Shown: piece after piece, positions 9,819 through 19,888 of the stretch
How positions within the stretch are numbered: position 1 is the first letter of the stretch
How the letters are laid out: each line of letters opens with the position of its first letter
Virus record (IMG/VR): IMGVR_UViG_3300035661_000010
DNA length: 64,000 bases
Strand: one strand, 5' to 3'
DNA from: a virus
Made by a program: the position numbers and the translations under genes
Notes under the pieces: model-generated
The model's input: only the letters and a program-made list of their open reading frames with translations
Told to the model about the DNA's origin: nothing
The model's database searches: none

Positions 9819-10781
9819 ATGCAACTGGCCTCTCTCCTCGTTCTCGAAGCCATGGTGCTTCCGAATCCACCTCCGGACTCGGAAGTGGTCAAGAAGCGCC
9901 GTGGCTTCATGGTTGCGCTCGTGGTGCCACCGGAGATGGAGGAGGAGGTTGCTCGTGCAGGCGGATGGGCGGGTGGAGAGCGTACTTGGTCGGATCCTCT
10001 CCACTGCACGGTCGCGTACGTCATGGATCCGGATCGAAATCTCGCCGCGACCACGGAGATCGTCCGTCGCGTTGCGAAGCAGATCCCGAGCTTCAGTCTG
10101 GTGACGACTCGAGCGGGGTTTTTCCGGAACGAGGAGAAGGATGGCGCCCTCGTTCACTACTGCGGGTGTGCGGCCCCCGAGCTCGATGCGTTCGTCGGGC
10201 TTCTCAGGCGAGAGCTTGATGCTGCGCACATCGAGCACGACACGAACCACCCGCTCTACGTTCCACACATCACGCTGGAGTACGTCGAGAGTCCTGATGA
10301 GATGGAACTGAGAGAGCGACTCCTTCGCTCTACGCAATCGCTAGCGACTCGGTTCGTCCCGACACTGGCCGTCGTGAACGACGATCAGCGGGACGACATT
10401 TCATTCTCGTCTGAAAGTTCGACGCCGAACTGGCAGGGGTCTCCGGATATGGGGTCGTTGGTCACTGGGCTCGGCGAGGCGCTCGATGCTGTTCTGGAGG
10501 CGGACCCGGTGACCGGGAGAAGCTCGCTCCACAAGCACATGGTCGCCGCTGTCTACAAGTCGCTGAGGAAGCGCGGATCGGCCACGAAGGATGCCGCCAC
10601 CGGAGCCTTCAAGATCACGAACTCGAACCTGAAGAAGAACGGCTATCAGGGCAAGGGTGATTCGGGTCGTCTCACCGGAAGTGGTGCGAACCGATCGAAG
10701 AATCACGCCGCCGAACCTGCTGGCGAACGCGCGAAGAAGGACAAGGACTACGCAGCGGTCAAGAAGCTCGCGACCGCGTGA
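9819..10781 (+). CDS. 2H phosphoesterase, Acb1/T4 gp57B-like, with a basic C-terminal extension
   Basis: Two HxT motifs: PLHCTVAY and YVPHITLEY; N-terminal GFMVAL strand; layout resembles T4 57B (GLYVAA...HSTICY...YTPHITLSY). Confidence 0.8.
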   Translation: MQLASLLVLEAMVLPNPPPDSEVVKKRRGFMVALVVPPEMEEEVARAGGWAGGERTWSDPLHCTVAYVMDPDRNLAATTEIVRRVAKQIPSFSLVTTRAGFFRNEEKDGALVHYCGCAAPELDAFVGLLRRELDAAHIEHDTNHPLYVPHITLEYVESPDEMELRERLLRSTQSLATRFVPTLAVVNDDQRDDISFSSESSTPNWQGSPDMGSLVTGLGEALDAVLEADPVTGRSSLHKHMVAAVYKSLRKRGSATKDAATGAFKITNSNLKKNGYQGKGDSGRLTGSGANRSKNHAAEPAGERAKKDKDYAAVKKLATA

Positions 10782-10897
10782 CGTAGCTACCAGGTAGTGA
10801 TACTCGTAGATGAGCGGTGGTTCGGTTGCTGGCGTGTACCGAGACTACGGTGGTAGGTTTAGAAAACGCGTTGGCAGTCGCATCAGGAGAGAAAAAA

Positions 10898-11257
10898 ATG
10901 AACCTTCGTATCGGTGGAACCCTCTCAAGTCGTTCGAGTCAGGCTCGTGGTCGTCAGATGGTCGCGAAGCGCCGTACGGCACAGGTCGAGAACAGCAGGG
11001 TGCCCCACGGCTTCCCGGGCAATGAGGAGCTGTACAACCAGTTCTGTGCGCGCTCCGGGATCTCCGATCAGCGCGTCGAGCAGGCGGAGACAGCTGCGGC
11101 CATAAAGCGGCTCACGGCACGAATGGAGCGCCTACACGAGGGCATGGAGGCTGCTCGTAAGTCGGGCAACGTCAAGAAGGCCCAGCACCTCTTCGTCAAG
11201 CTCAGCGAGTGCATGGTCGCGTACGGCGCATCTCTGGAGACGATGCTCATAGGTTGA
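10898..11257 (+). CDS. Hypothetical protein
   Basis: SD AGGAG then ATG 10898 (MNLRIGG...); C-terminal helical hairpin. Confidence 0.55.
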   Translation: MNLRIGGTLSSRSSQARGRQMVAKRRTAQVENSRVPHGFPGNEELYNQFCARSGISDQRVEQAETAAAIKRLTARMERLHEGMEAARKSGNVKKAQHLFVKLSECMVAYGASLETMLIG

Positions 11258-11261
11258 GCCG

Positions 11262-11777
11262 ATGGGTACGCTCATCGGCGACAAGGATGCGGACTTCTTC
11301 GACGCGCGAGTCCGAGAGATCAACCGGCTCGCGGGAACGTGTGCGATCACGTACTACGCGCTCAACTTCGAAGCGACCCCGAAGGATCCGCTCTACGGTG
11401 AGCCGATTGAAGAGATTCATGTCAGAGACCCGCTGAGAGACACGCTCGGGATCGCCTTCAGTGGGCTCCTGGAGTATCCGGAGCAAAGCGTTCGGACTGG
11501 CGAAGAAGGACAGCACGCGGACTACGACGCGTCCCTCTGGCTTGCGCGCAAGGACTTCGAGGAAAAGTTCCCGATCCCCAACGCACCAAAGGGCACGCCC
11601 TGCGCACGACAGCCAAAGGTCGGAGACGTCATCCAGGTCCAGGATCGCTACTACGACGTCATGGCGATTGACGCGCAGGGCCAGTTCAACGACACCATCG
11701 CGCGACACGCCAACTGGCTATTGAAGTTGAAGCATCGCACGGAGTTTGATGCCCGCCGCCGGCTGGAAGGAAAGTAG
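11262..11777 (+). CDS. Head-closure / neck protein (T4 gp14-like)
   Basis: REINRLAG..ITYY..DPLYGE and PKVGDVI..DRYYDV motifs. Confidence 0.7.
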   Translation: MGTLIGDKDADFFDARVREINRLAGTCAITYYALNFEATPKDPLYGEPIEEIHVRDPLRDTLGIAFSGLLEYPEQSVRTGEEGQHADYDASLWLARKDFEEKFPIPNAPKGTPCARQPKVGDVIQVQDRYYDVMAIDAQGQFNDTIARHANWLLKLKHRTEFDARRRLEGK

Positions 11778-11779
11778 TC

Positions 11780-13225
11780 GTGCCGTCAGATGCCTTCGTC
11801 AATATCGTGCCTCGCAAGGCCGATGATCGATCGTCGCAGTCGTTCCAGACTCGCGCGAAGGTGATCTTGTCGCACGTCTCTTGGCTCCTTCAGCAGAAGG
11901 GGATCCGCGAAGTCGGAGACGTCGAGTACGGAGAAGACGGGTTTGTTCAGAGGTTCGGAAGCCCTTCAGGCATCGGCATCGAGATTGTATCGACCCCGAA
12001 GGAGCCGGCAGAGATTCGCGTAGCGATCAGGACCTCGCCTCCGTCGCGATTTCGTGTCGATACATCTGGCGAAGATGGCAAGACGATGGACGTGTCGCTG
12101 CTGTCACAACGCATCGCCGATGGCGTGTTCCACTTGGCTCACGCCATCAAGGCAGACAAGCCGAAGCCGACCTCCCCTGTCGAAGGCGATGGAGACTTTG
12201 GATCGACACCCAGGACAGACCTGAATCCTAAGGCGCATCACGGTGGCGCACCGTCGAAGGTGACGCCCACCAAGACCGCTCACGGCAACGTGACCCATCA
12301 GGTGAAGGAGCGTTCGCAGGAAACGCAGGTTGGTCACAAGGAACCGAAGGCAAAGGATGAGGACGAGTTCGAACACGCTCTCGTTCCGACTCAGATCATC
12401 GCTCAGCTTACTGCGCTTTGGACACGGGTCCGTAATCTGCCTCTGACCACCAAGATTGCTCCGCGGGTCCTGGAAACGATCTACTTCGCGAAGCGCAGCG
12501 ACTGGAAGAAGCTGAAGTCGTCGCTGAACCAGGTCCAGGACGCCATCGAGCGTCACATGGTCAAGCCGGACGATAAGGTTCTCGTCAATGGGCTGTGGCG
12601 CGAGTGCAACTCAATCGAACAGCAGCTACGAGCCGTTCACGACACGCGTGACAAGAGCGCGAAGGGTGGCGAGCTCAACACGGCGATGGATCGTCTTCGT
12701 GCTGTATCGAAGCCGGAGTCAGCCAAGGCACCGTTCATGGCCGGCGGGTCCGGACAGAAGTTCATCGGCTCGCGTTCGCGTGGTGCCGTCGATGAGTCCT
12801 TGTTGGAGGCGCTTCGTACTACGCTCCCGGATAACGATGGGTTCGTGAACCACTTGTCCGATCGCGAGATGCGTGATTTTCAGGATGTGTTCAAGAAGGC
12901 CCTGTCCTTCTATGTGCCGAACCAGCGTTTTGCATTTCGATACGCGCCGCATCTCAAGGCATGGTCGGTAAAGGGTGAGGATTGGGCAGCATCGCTTCGA
13001 TGCGAGTTCAGGTCCGACGATTCGGTTGTGGGGTACATGGACATGGCCAGGGCTACTCCGCCCACGTTCCTGCGATCTGGAAAGATCGAATACGTCGATC
13101 GGTTCGATCTGGTGACGAGTCGGTACGACGACCTCGCAATCAAGGTCGCGCAGAGAATCGCCTCGGTGATCAAAAAGTATAAGCTCGGTCGAGACGACAG
13201 GCAGGTTCCGCGTGACCAGCGGTAA
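11780..13225 (+). CDS. Hypothetical multidomain protein, possibly a processed internal head protein
   Basis: 481-aa ORF packed between neighbours; disordered linkers; internal VDE|SLLE|A site. Confidence 0.6.
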   Translation: MPSDAFVNIVPRKADDRSSQSFQTRAKVILSHVSWLLQQKGIREVGDVEYGEDGFVQRFGSPSGIGIEIVSTPKEPAEIRVAIRTSPPSRFRVDTSGEDGKTMDVSLLSQRIADGVFHLAHAIKADKPKPTSPVEGDGDFGSTPRTDLNPKAHHGGAPSKVTPTKTAHGNVTHQVKERSQETQVGHKEPKAKDEDEFEHALVPTQIIAQLTALWTRVRNLPLTTKIAPRVLETIYFAKRSDWKKLKSSLNQVQDAIERHMVKPDDKVLVNGLWRECNSIEQQLRAVHDTRDKSAKGGELNTAMDRLRAVSKPESAKAPFMAGGSGQKFIGSRSRGAVDESLLEALRTTLPDNDGFVNHLSDREMRDFQDVFKKALSFYVPNQRFAFRYAPHLKAWSVKGEDWAASLRCEFRSDDSVVGYMDMARATPPTFLRSGKIEYVDRFDLVTSRYDDLAIKVAQRIASVIKKYKLGRDDRQVPRDQR

Positions 13226-13664
13226 GGGCCTACAGATCATCATCCCGAAGAAGAAGCCGCTCTTCAGGGTCATGACGTCGATCGATCCGTCGAAACTGGA
13301 GGCGGTGGCTCTCGAGCCTGTGGGCATTGGTCCCATGGATCCGCTGACCGTCGAAGCACACAAGGCGAAGTACAAGCTGTCGATGGTGTGTGCGAACTGC
13401 ACCCATTGGTACGAGGGCGCGGAACGTCAGTCCAAGGTGTCCAACGGAGATCCAAGATGCTCGGCCACGAGCCCGTGTGGCGGCCTTGCTGTTCGACGCG
13501 GCTACCCTGAGTACAAGGGGCCGATGACGGACGAGTATCTGGAGCGTCATTGTGTTGTGTGTGAAGAAGAGGCTCCGAGGTCGGTCTCAACGCCTGATGG
13601 AAAGCGTCGCGGCTACTGCACAAGGCACCTCGAATCGGCGATGAAGCTTCTTGGAGGCATGTGA
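13212..13664 (+). CDS. Cys-rich zinc-binding hypothetical protein
   Basis: CANCTH, C..PC, HCVVC, YCTRH motifs. Confidence 0.55.
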   Translation: MTSGKGLQIIIPKKKPLFRVMTSIDPSKLEAVALEPVGIGPMDPLTVEAHKAKYKLSMVCANCTHWYEGAERQSKVSNGDPRCSATSPCGGLAVRRGYPEYKGPMTDEYLERHCVVCEEEAPRSVSTPDGKRRGYCTRHLESAMKLLGGM

Positions 13665-14065
13665 TGTCGAACGCGCGCTTTGGACGAATCACCCTTGGTC
13701 TCGACTTCGGTACGACGCTCGCGCGATCGCAGAAGCAGTTCTATCGAGACAAGTTTCTGGACGCGCAAATGGTCAACGACTCGCTGGAGTCCGGTGACGT
13801 AGCACCGTCGTCGTCGGTTTCGGTCAGTCTTGGCAAGCTCACCACTGTGAACGCGCTGTTCATCGAGGTCTCTGGGCCGCTCGAGGTTCGTCTCAATGGC
13901 GCAGGAGCAGGCCCTGTTCTTCAGGCGCTTCCTGGGGCAACGATAGATGGTGCGGTGTCCACCATGGCACGCCTGTACCTGGAGGGAGCGATCACTGGAA
14001 TCACGTTGGTGAATGCGTCATCGACCGAGCCCGTGGACTTCACCGTCTATATGGCAGGAGGCTGA
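13664..14065 (+). CDS. Hypothetical beta-rich structural protein
   Basis: Beta-strand pattern; TGATG overlap. Confidence 0.55.
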   Translation: MSNARFGRITLGLDFGTTLARSQKQFYRDKFLDAQMVNDSLESGDVAPSSSVSVSLGKLTTVNALFIEVSGPLEVRLNGAGAGPVLQALPGATIDGAVSTMARLYLEGAITGITLVNASSTEPVDFTVYMAGG

Positions 14066-14067
14066 TC

Positions 14068-14430
14068 ATGAACAATCTTCGAGAGACGGCGTTTGCGTTA
14101 CTGGACGAAGAGATTCGCACGATCTCTCCAGTGCCAAAGAAGCGTGAAGCGGACATGGGCGGGTCTGGCGATGCGCACGAGGTCGACTGGGCCGACGTAA
14201 GCGACGTCGTCAAAGAGTCGACCAAGCAGGCATTCGAGAACACCGTACAGGAGTCGCTTTCGAAGCTGGAGATGGATCAAGTCGACGAGGCTCACATGCC
14301 GATCAAGGACCTGCCCGAGTACCGATTGGCCCAGGAGGCGTCCGAGGAGCTTGGTAAGGCGGTCACCGCTCTGATCAAGAAGGCGCACGACGAAGGCATG
14401 ATCACGAAGATGGGACAGACGGAGATCTGA
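14068..14430 (+). CDS. Acidic hypothetical protein; candidate internal head protein
   Basis: SD AGGAGG; N-term MNNLRE|TAFALLDE|E. Confidence 0.55.
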   Translation: MNNLRETAFALLDEEIRTISPVPKKREADMGGSGDAHEVDWADVSDVVKESTKQAFENTVQESLSKLEMDQVDEAHMPIKDLPEYRLAQEASEELGKAVTALIKKAHDEGMITKMGQTEI

Positions 14431-14432
14431 AC

Positions 14433-14993
14433 ATGTCCTCGATGGAAGAGTTGAGGCGTCTCAGCGTGTACGAGGGTCCGCTCGACCAGTCGATGACGGC
14501 CAAGACCCTGTACCAACAGCTCTCGACCTTTGGTCCGTTCAAGGGCTGGAAGGAGAAGAAGTGGTTCGAGTTCGCTCAGGACGTGAAGTCGAACGACCTC
14601 TTGCCCCAGGTCTTCTCGGGGGCGTTTGCTGCATTTGTGAGGTGGATGGGGCCGAACGCAGGGAAGCTGCCGGCTACCACCGCGGTGCTCGCGCAGACGG
14701 GTCTTCGCAGCGACAGGTACGATGCCGAGAAGCTGGCGGGAATCATGTCGAGCTCAGAGGTTCTGGAGCCGATGGAGGTCATCGGATCCAAGGTTCTGAA
14801 GTACGGCTACTCGACGACGCCCGCAGAGGCGAAGCGAATCGCTGCGGATCCGAAGTTGAAGGTCGTGATCTGGATGCCAGGTGAAGGCGCACGACAGTTC
14901 ATCGCTCTTCTCAGCAAGTATGGGATCAGCGCTCACCTGAAAGAGGGATCGACTGCGCTCCCGCCGTTCCTGTCGCGATGGGACGAGAGATGA
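14433..14993 (+). CDS. Hypothetical protein; candidate internal head protein
   Basis: N-term MSSMEELRRLSVYE|G. Confidence 0.55.
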   Translation: MSSMEELRRLSVYEGPLDQSMTAKTLYQQLSTFGPFKGWKEKKWFEFAQDVKSNDLLPQVFSGAFAAFVRWMGPNAGKLPATTAVLAQTGLRSDRYDAEKLAGIMSSSEVLEPMEVIGSKVLKYGYSTTPAEAKRIAADPKLKVVIWMPGEGARQFIALLSKYGISAHLKEGSTALPPFLSRWDER

Positions 14994-14994
14994 G

Positions 14995-15807
14995 ATGTTC
15001 GACGTCAAGGCCACCGGAACTGCGGAGCTGAAGAAGCTGATCAAGGAGTACGAGAAGCGCTCCGAATTCGTGCGTGAGTCGATCGTTCGAGCAATGGCAG
15101 AGGACATGCTCGAAAACATCAAGAGAAGTCTTCCGTCGAGCTTGGGTTCAGAGGTGAAGGAGTACGTCAGCTCGCTCGAGATCTGCGAGTACAGAACGAA
15201 CCCGAATCAGCGAAAGTCGATTGTCTCGATCAGGTCGAATCCAAAGAAGGTGAAGCTGAGCGAGAAGCCGGAAGACAAGACGGCGGTCTATGTGGCTCCG
15301 AAGGCAGAAAGCAATGGGCGCGTGTCCGCGGTGACGATGTTCTTGTTCAAGAACGGTCCGTGGACCAAGGACACTCTCCCTATGAAGCCGCCAGCGGATG
15401 CCCGTGTCTTCTACATGGTCGCCTCGAAGGAGGAGATCGGACACCTGAGGGAGAGGATCAGGGTCAACGAACCGAGCTGGAGGCCACTGCTGTCCAGAAT
15501 GGGCGTGAAGATGTCGAAGCCGTCCGACGTCGACAATATCGAAGCGCTTCCGAGCGTCGCGATGGTTGGTCTGCGACTGGAGTTCGGGTTGGCCGGGTAT
15601 CCGTTCAAGCCCCACTGGCGTCCTGCGATCCGCAAGCTTCAGCAAAACCTGAAGAAACTCTTCGACAAGAACAAGGATCGCAGGAGGTCTTTGACGGATT
15701 CGAAGTTCAAGGGATGGAACAAGACCTTCACGAAACTGCCGGTGATAGACCTTAGCGACCGGGCGATGTATTCTGACTTTGCAAAGAAAGTGGTGTCCCA
15801 GCAATGA
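14995..15807 (+). CDS. Tail completion / neck-1 protein (HK97 gp10-like, with insertion)
   Basis: N-term V.TG.AELKKLI and C-term LEFG...PFKPHWRPA typical of the HK97-gp10 family. Confidence 0.6.
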   Translation: MFDVKATGTAELKKLIKEYEKRSEFVRESIVRAMAEDMLENIKRSLPSSLGSEVKEYVSSLEICEYRTNPNQRKSIVSIRSNPKKVKLSEKPEDKTAVYVAPKAESNGRVSAVTMFLFKNGPWTKDTLPMKPPADARVFYMVASKEEIGHLRERIRVNEPSWRPLLSRMGVKMSKPSDVDNIEALPSVAMVGLRLEFGLAGYPFKPHWRPAIRKLQQNLKKLFDKNKDRRRSLTDSKFKGWNKTFTKLPVIDLSDRAMYSDFAKKVVSQQ

Positions 15808-16277
15808 ACGCGAACAAGCGAACCAGCGCTATGAACGTAGCTGCAAGCAGACTGCGACGCGGCCTCTTCGAGGACTCGCGCGACAGTGCGGAGCCGATGC
15901 CACGTGACATCGTTCAGCAAGTGCTTGCGGACATCGCTCGCGGTGCGACTGCTCCGATCATCGACCAGGACATCAGGGTCGGCCTTGGCGGCGCAGCGTC
16001 GGGCACGATGGTGACAGGCGTACCGGGCGGCCTCGACGGTTCAGAAGCCTCGATCGAGGTGAGGGTCGAAGTTGGTGGCGGCAACATCGAGTTCATGATC
16101 AACGGAGCTGTCGTGGCCACGTGCCGCTCGAGCCTCCAGGGGTACAACCGCGCGCTCTCGGATGTGCAGAAGGCCATCGAACTCGCGCGCATCGACGCTA
16201 CGGACCAGTCGAATCGACTCTCGGCCACCCCGAACTACGGGAACATGTTGCGGGGGCGGCTCGGCGGCTCGTACTGA
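15804..16277 (+). CDS. Hypothetical protein; candidate internal head protein
   Basis: ATGA overlap; ...LRRGLFE|D near the N-terminus. Confidence 0.5.
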   Translation: MNANKRTSAMNVAASRLRRGLFEDSRDSAEPMPRDIVQQVLADIARGATAPIIDQDIRVGLGGAASGTMVTGVPGGLDGSEASIEVRVEVGGGNIEFMINGAVVATCRSSLQGYNRALSDVQKAIELARIDATDQSNRLSATPNYGNMLRGRLGGSY

Positions 16278-16280
16278 TCG

Positions 16281-17054
16281 ATGCCGAAGCTCTCTCCCGA
16301 AACCCCTGACCATCTCGTAGGAGACACGTTCGTTCGTGACTACGACCTCGGGATCGTGCAGAGGCTCGGCGGGGTCGTCACCGGAGAGCATTTCTTCACC
16401 AAGGTGACAGGTGTCGAGTATCCGGACTTTCCGGACGACTTTCCTGTAGTCGCTCTGCGCCGGACCATGATGCCGGGCGTTCCTATCACGTTGGCTGCAC
16501 CGAACGATGCGACCGAGTACTGGGTGAACCCCAGCATCATCGTGCGACGCCAGGATCCTGTACCGGCCATGGAGAGATGGCAGGCCGGTCAGAAGCTGAA
16601 GTACGTGCGACCTGCGCCCGGTGCCGCCCCTGTGACCGTTGTGCTCTCCAAGGGCATGGATCGCAAGACGGGCAAGGTTGTTCAGAGGACAGCTACCGGG
16701 TACGACGCCTACGAGACGAAGCCGCAGCCGTGGCCGTTCGACATTCCGTACACGATTCTATGTCGCGCAGAAGGAAACAGGGCTGAGTCCCAGGCTCAGA
16801 GCCTGCTTAGGCACATCATGAAGCGGTTCCCGCCAAGGGATAATCTGGACGTTACCGATTCACTTGATAGCGTAGACGGATACGGGATGTTCGTGGATGG
16901 CCCAACCAGCCTCTCAGAGGCGATGGACATCGCGCATCGAGTACGTGGATGGTCGTGGTCGGTTCGTGTTCTGGGTTATCTTGACATTGACGACCCGACA
17001 GTTGAGAAAGCAGTTACGAAGCCTGCGACCGTAAACCCGGCCCAGCAAAAGTGA
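16281..17054 (+). CDS. Tail terminator / sheath stabiliser (T4 gp15-like)
   Basis: PSIIVRR and PQPWPFDIPYTI motifs; located just upstream of the sheath gene. Confidence 0.6.
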   Translation: MPKLSPETPDHLVGDTFVRDYDLGIVQRLGGVVTGEHFFTKVTGVEYPDFPDDFPVVALRRTMMPGVPITLAAPNDATEYWVNPSIIVRRQDPVPAMERWQAGQKLKYVRPAPGAAPVTVVLSKGMDRKTGKVVQRTATGYDAYETKPQPWPFDIPYTILCRAEGNRAESQAQSLLRHIMKRFPPRDNLDVTDSLDSVDGYGMFVDGPTSLSEAMDIAHRVRGWSWSVRVLGYLDIDDPTVEKAVTKPATVNPAQQK

Positions 17055-17069
17055 TCGAAGGAGCTGACG

Positions 17070-17561
17070 ATGGCAGACGAGAACCAGGTTGCGGCGCCCA
17101 AGACAGACGAGAAGCCGAAGAAAGAGCGTACGGATTGGCCGCGGAAGTTCCGAAACTTCGCGCCCGGCCCTCTTGCTCTGGAGACCGTCACGCATGGCGG
17201 CATCTCGCTCGGTGGCAAGCAGACCATCTGGCTCTGGTCGGACGACTACGCGATGGAGCTCGTTCAGCATCACATCAGGCAGGAGCTTCTGGCCCCCTGG
17301 GAAGATGGTGAGGAGCAGCCGAAGCGTCCGACCGCGATGCCGTCAAATGGCACCGTCGATCTGTCCAAGCTCGATGCAGTGCCTGGTCTCGTGAAGGGTC
17401 CGGATGGAGAAATGGTCCAGGCGTCTCAGACGCTCGGAGCAGTTCTCACGGAGGAGGGCTCGAAGAACGAGCCGCCTCCCGTGAACTTCGCACCTCCGGG
17501 CGGTTCCGGTGGTGGTGAGGAAGCCGACAGCGGCCCGACTTCCAAAAAGAAGCGGGGATGA
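17070..17561 (+). CDS. Hypothetical protein (pre-sheath small protein with disordered tail)
   Basis: SD AAGGAG; position typical of small pre-sheath genes. Confidence 0.55.
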   Translation: MADENQVAAPKTDEKPKKERTDWPRKFRNFAPGPLALETVTHGGISLGGKQTIWLWSDDYAMELVQHHIRQELLAPWEDGEEQPKRPTAMPSNGTVDLSKLDAVPGLVKGPDGEMVQASQTLGAVLTEEGSKNEPPPVNFAPPGGSGGGEEADSGPTSKKKRG

Positions 17562-17611
17562 CGCGCGGCGAGTTCTGAGAATCCTGGCGGATCACAGGGC
17601 GGAGGAGAGTC

Positions 17612-19825
17612 ATGGCTAACAAGAGCGCGAAGGTTACGATCGAAGAGCTGCCGGCGGCACCGGGAGCGATTGAGGGCGTTTCGACGTCCACTGTCATCAC
17701 TGCTGGGTGGACGAAGCGAGGCCGCACCGACGTCATCGTCAGGGCAGGAAGCTACGCCGAGGTCGAACAGAAGACGGGGACGTTCTGGAAGAACTCGTAC
17801 ATCGCCTATGCGCTGAACGGCTTCTTCAACAACGACGGTCAGAGCGCGTACATCCGTCGCGTGACGCCGTCTGACGCAGTAGCCGCGAACCTTACGTTGG
17901 CCGATGCCGCAACTGCGGCCGTGTTCATCGGACGCACCTTCGCGACGACTTCGATCACGACCCTGTCGGCGTCAAAGTACAACATGAAGTTCACGGTGAA
18001 CGCCTTCACACCGACCACGGTCGACGTGACTTCGAATGCTGGCGTGTCTGGCTCATACCTGTTGTCGGCGATTGTCACGAACATCAACACGGCGATGGCT
18101 CTCGTGGACGTGTCGCTCTCCAACTTCGCGTCGCTGATCACGCAGGTCACGAGCGCTGGCGTGCGGTACCGCATCCAGCTCACATCTCCGACGACTGGCG
18201 CCGCATCGCAGATCGCATTCACTGCCCCGGTCTCGGGCGGGTGCAGCCTGGAGCTGTTCGGGATCGTCTCGACGGACCTACCGAAGACTGTCCTCGGCCA
18301 AGCTGCCGTGGCGAGTCGCTTCACGGTCACTGCGCTCGGCGCAGGTCTTTGGGGCAACGACATCCAGATCCAGATCGTCGGTGACCCGAACTGGAAGACC
18401 TCGACTGGTGGCTGGACCAAGTTCGACGCCATCATCAACGAGGAGCTGGACGGCAACAACAAGTTCACCACGCGCGAGACCTATTCGGAAGTCGTCCTCG
18501 ATGTCGACACCGACCCGGCGTTCATCGCTGGGTACATCGGAGCTCGCTCGAGCTACGTGACGGTGACGGAAGGTGTCGGGTACGGCATCCCACGCACCCT
18601 CGTACCCGTGTCGATCACGAAGGAGTTCCTTGGTGACGCAGTCGGCAACGCGTCGCTCACGACCTTTACTGGTCGCCTGATGAACCTGCCGAACCGCAAG
18701 AACGTCACCATCACCACGACCCTCACCGGTGCGATCAGCGTGAACGTGACCGACAACGGTACTGGGTCCTTCTCCGGAACGGGCGTGTCGTCTGGCACGG
18801 TCGACTACATGACCGGCGAGATCAGTATCACGTTCTCCGCAGCTCCGACTGCTGGAACCCCCGTCTACGTGGCGTACACGACCACGGCTAGCGACACAGT
18901 CACGTACGATCTGGCAAGCGGTACGGATGGCACTGGTCCTCTGGGTCGTTCAGACGTCACCGATCCGTCGCTAGCCGCGACGAAGGGTGGCATCTATCTG
19001 TTCAACGACATCACGGATGAAGTGCTCAACGTCATCCTGCCTGACTTCGCAGGCGTGCTGTCGGTGCACAACGACCTGATCTCCTGGGCAGAGACGAGGA
19101 AGGACATCTTCGTCATCCTGGATCCGGCGGCCGGGCTCGATGCCGCCGGCGTGGTCACGTACCGCAGGGACACGGGCGCGTTCAATACGTCCTACGCCGC
19201 GCTGTACTGGCCGTGGATCAAGACCGCAGACAGCCTCGCGAATGGAGCGCCCAAGAACGTGCCGCCCTCTGGACACGTGGCGGGCGTCTACGCACGGACC
19301 GACTCTACGCGCAACGTCGCCAAGGCGCCCGCTGGCGTCACGGATGGTCGACTCGTCGGAACCCTCGGGTTCGAGCGAACGATCTCCGAGACCGATCGTG
19401 ACACGGTCTACCCGACTGGCGTCAACCCAATGATCGGCGAGCGCCAGACGGGCCGAGCTGTCTGGGGCGCCAGGACGCTCTCGCTCGACAAGCGCTGGCG
19501 CTACATCCAAGCGCGCAGATTCTTTCTGTTCGTCGAGAAGAGCATCTTCGTCAACTCGTGGTGGACGGTCTTCGAGACGATCGGTCCGGAGCTGTTCAGT
19601 CGAATCCAGACGAACGTCCGCGGTTTCCTCCGCGGCCTGCTTGCTCAGGGGTACTTCCCAACCAAGAAGGAGGAGGACGCGTTCGCGGTCGTGGTCGACA
19701 ACACGAACAACGACGACAACTCCTCGCAGAACGGCGAAGTCATCATCGACACGTTCCTCGCAACCACGACCCCAGGCGAGTTCATTCGCTTCCGGTTCCG
19801 TCAGAAGATCGCCCTCGCGGCGTGA
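17612..19825 (+). CDS. Contractile tail sheath protein
   Basis: SYAALYWPWI, VPPSGHVAGVYARTD, VAKAPAG, VWGARTL, WRYIQARR, PGEFIRFRF motifs. Confidence 0.95.
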   Translation: MANKSAKVTIEELPAAPGAIEGVSTSTVITAGWTKRGRTDVIVRAGSYAEVEQKTGTFWKNSYIAYALNGFFNNDGQSAYIRRVTPSDAVAANLTLADAATAAVFIGRTFATTSITTLSASKYNMKFTVNAFTPTTVDVTSNAGVSGSYLLSAIVTNINTAMALVDVSLSNFASLITQVTSAGVRYRIQLTSPTTGAASQIAFTAPVSGGCSLELFGIVSTDLPKTVLGQAAVASRFTVTALGAGLWGNDIQIQIVGDPNWKTSTGGWTKFDAIINEELDGNNKFTTRETYSEVVLDVDTDPAFIAGYIGARSSYVTVTEGVGYGIPRTLVPVSITKEFLGDAVGNASLTTFTGRLMNLPNRKNVTITTTLTGAISVNVTDNGTGSFSGTGVSSGTVDYMTGEISITFSAAPTAGTPVYVAYTTTASDTVTYDLASGTDGTGPLGRSDVTDPSLAATKGGIYLFNDITDEVLNVILPDFAGVLSVHNDLISWAETRKDIFVILDPAAGLDAAGVVTYRRDTGAFNTSYAALYWPWIKTADSLANGAPKNVPPSGHVAGVYARTDSTRNVAKAPAGVTDGRLVGTLGFERTISETDRDTVYPTGVNPMIGERQTGRAVWGARTLSLDKRWRYIQARRFFLFVEKSIFVNSWWTVFETIGPELFSRIQTNVRGFLRGLLAQGYFPTKKEEDAFAVVVDNTNNDDNSSQNGEVIIDTFLATTTPGEFIRFRFRQKIALAA

Positions 19826-19840
19826 TGAAGCGGTCGACTG

Positions 19841-19870
19841 GAGGCGGGTCATAACGGCCCGCCTCTGTTT
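19841..19870 (+). terminator. Probable intrinsic terminator after the sheath gene
   Basis: GAGGCGGGTC-ATAAC-GGCCCGCCTC followed by TGTTT (short U tract). Confidence 0.6.
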
Positions 19871-19888
19871 GATCGACAATGAGGAACG

